Below, in pieces: positions 33,461-34,593 of a stretch of DNA of 34,593 nucleotides. Under the pieces are notes generated by a model. It was not told where the DNA came from, made no database searches, and worked only from the letters and a program-made list of their open reading frames with translations. The stretch spans positions 1-34,593 of the IMG/VR virus record IMGVR_UViG_3300033513_000035, one strand, 5' to 3'. How positions within the stretch are numbered: position 1 is the first letter of the stretch; each line of letters opens with the position of its first letter. The position numbers were made by a program, and so were the translations under genes. Source of the DNA: a virus. Taxonomy: Duplodnaviria; Caudoviricetes.

Positions 33461-34593
33461 TACGTCACCCGCAGTCCCGAGAACGTTGCGTACGCCCCGG
33501 CGGTCGTCTCGCGGCCGCGGAGGATGACGCGCGCGACGAGGTCGTACGGCACGTCGCCCGCGGCGATGGCGATCGCGAAGTCGTGCGGCGTGCCGGTCGC
33601 CGTCTCGACCTTGTCCGCCGTCCCGGAGGCCGGGGGGAACTTGACCACGACCTGCGGCTGGAGCGCCCCGCCATCGAGGTCGCTCTCGCACAGCACGCGG
33701 ACCGTGACCGCGGCGCCCTTCAGTAGTGGTACGTGGTAGATTTCCTCGCCCTTCCGGTACACCGTGACGAGGGGGCCGTCGATCGCGTCGTACACGATCC
33801 CGCGGTCGTCGAGGGAGAACGGCCCGACGAGGCGGCGGTCGGCCGGCTGCCCGCGGAAGCGGGAGCCCCACGCCCGGCCGACGGCGTCCTCGGCCTGCTC
33901 CGTCGGGGCGGCCCCGTCGAGCATGTCGCCGTCCCGGAAGACGAGGGGCGCGAGGAGCTCCGCGAGGGTCCGGAGCCACACCTCCGGGGGCGGGTGGTTC
34001 GTGCAGTGACCCTGCGCCGCCTTGTACGCCGGCTCGACGGGGTGCGTGTTGATCGCGTTGTAAACCTGCCGGCAAAGGCTCATGTCGTGACCATCACTGT
34101 TCGTGTTATTGCCGTTGTTGTCGAAGAATCCGCCCCGCATCACCTGCTCCCCGCCGGACAGCGTCGTCACGAGGGGCCAGTTGCAGGACAGGGAATAGAA
34201 GTTGTCGACGGTCCCGGCGACGGTGATGACGCCGGCCCCCACGTAGCAGCAGAAGGCGGCGCAATTCTTTGCGGACACCGGATTTAAGAATCCGTAATTG
34301 TATCCGGCCATCGCGATCGAGCAGTCGTGGACCCCGCCGGTGAAGGCGTTCGCGGCCGCGATCCCGAGGCACCGGACGGTGCTGACGTCGGCCCCACCCC
34401 CGGTCGCCCCGCGGAGGACGCAGTCGACCGCGTTGATGTAGTTCGAGGCGCCGTACGTGGACCCCTGCGCGAAGCACCGGCGGAGGTAGTTGTGGGTCTT
34501 CGTCGCCCCGGCCCCGTCGACGGCCGCCGAGGTCGTGCCGTCGAGGTACATGTCCCAGAATTCGTTGTAGTCGTAGGTGAGGAAGTCGACGAC
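33460..34593 (-). CDS. Partial (5' end outside window) beta-rich fibre/spike-like protein
   Basis: Frame stays open to the window edge (..VVDFLTYDYNEFWDMYL..); Asn/Cys/Gly-rich stretch suggestive of a beta-helix. Confidence 0.55.
   Translation of the reverse strand, partial: VVDFLTYDYNEFWDMYLDGTTSAAVDGAGATKTHNYLRRCFAQGSTYGASNYINAVDCVLRGATGGGADVSTVRCLGIAAANAFTGGVHDCSIAMAGYNYGFLNPVSAKNCAAFCCYVGAGVITVAGTVDNFYSLSCNWPLVTTLSGGEQVMRGGFFDNNGNNTNSDGHDMSLCRQVYNAINTHPVEPAYKAAQGHCTNHPPPEVWLRTLAELLAPLVFRDGDMLDGAAPTEQAEDAVGRAWGSRFRGQPADRRLVGPFSLDDRGIVYDAIDGPLVTVYRKGEEIYHVPLLKGAAVTVRVLCESDLDGGALQPQVVVKFPPASGTADKVETATGTPHDFAIAIAAGDVPYDLVARVILRGRETTAGAYATFSGLRVT

Noticed and set aside
1-34593. CRISPR array, tRNA, integrase/repressor, DGR or reverse transcriptase, intron/intein
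   Set aside because: No spaced direct repeats, cloverleafs, RT motifs or interrupted core genes seen by eye; lifestyle cannot be determined from this window.

Overview
A GC-rich 34.6-kb stretch of a tailed dsDNA phage (siphovirus-type) genome in which every credible gene lies on the minus strand. In transcription order (right to left) it holds: a partial fibre-like virion protein; head-tail joining genes; major tail protein; tail assembly chaperone with a -1 slippery site; tape measure; tail-tip proteins; a holin-like ORF; an accessory block (HTH-metallophosphoesterase, small ssDNA-binding-like protein, MT-A70 methyltransferase); a replication block (SNF2-like helicase, putative SSB, RecD/Dda-like helicase, HNH, family A DNA polymerase, resolvase-like nuclease, primase-helicase); a nucleotide-metabolism trio; a Dam-like methyltransferase; and small early-type ORFs. 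Gene order resembles YuA/M6-like siphoviruses, and two small proteins suggest a Planctomycetota host (inference from recalled sequences). The two most notable observations are (1) a thymidylate-synthase/dUMP-hydroxymethylase-like ORF that is intact but lacks the recognisable catalytic motifs, coupled to an HD hydrolase and a dATP/dGTP diphosphohydrolase beside the polymerase, and (2) a repeated three-stem RNA element in two promoter-proximal leaders. All family calls come from reading motifs by eye; no database search or folding program was run.
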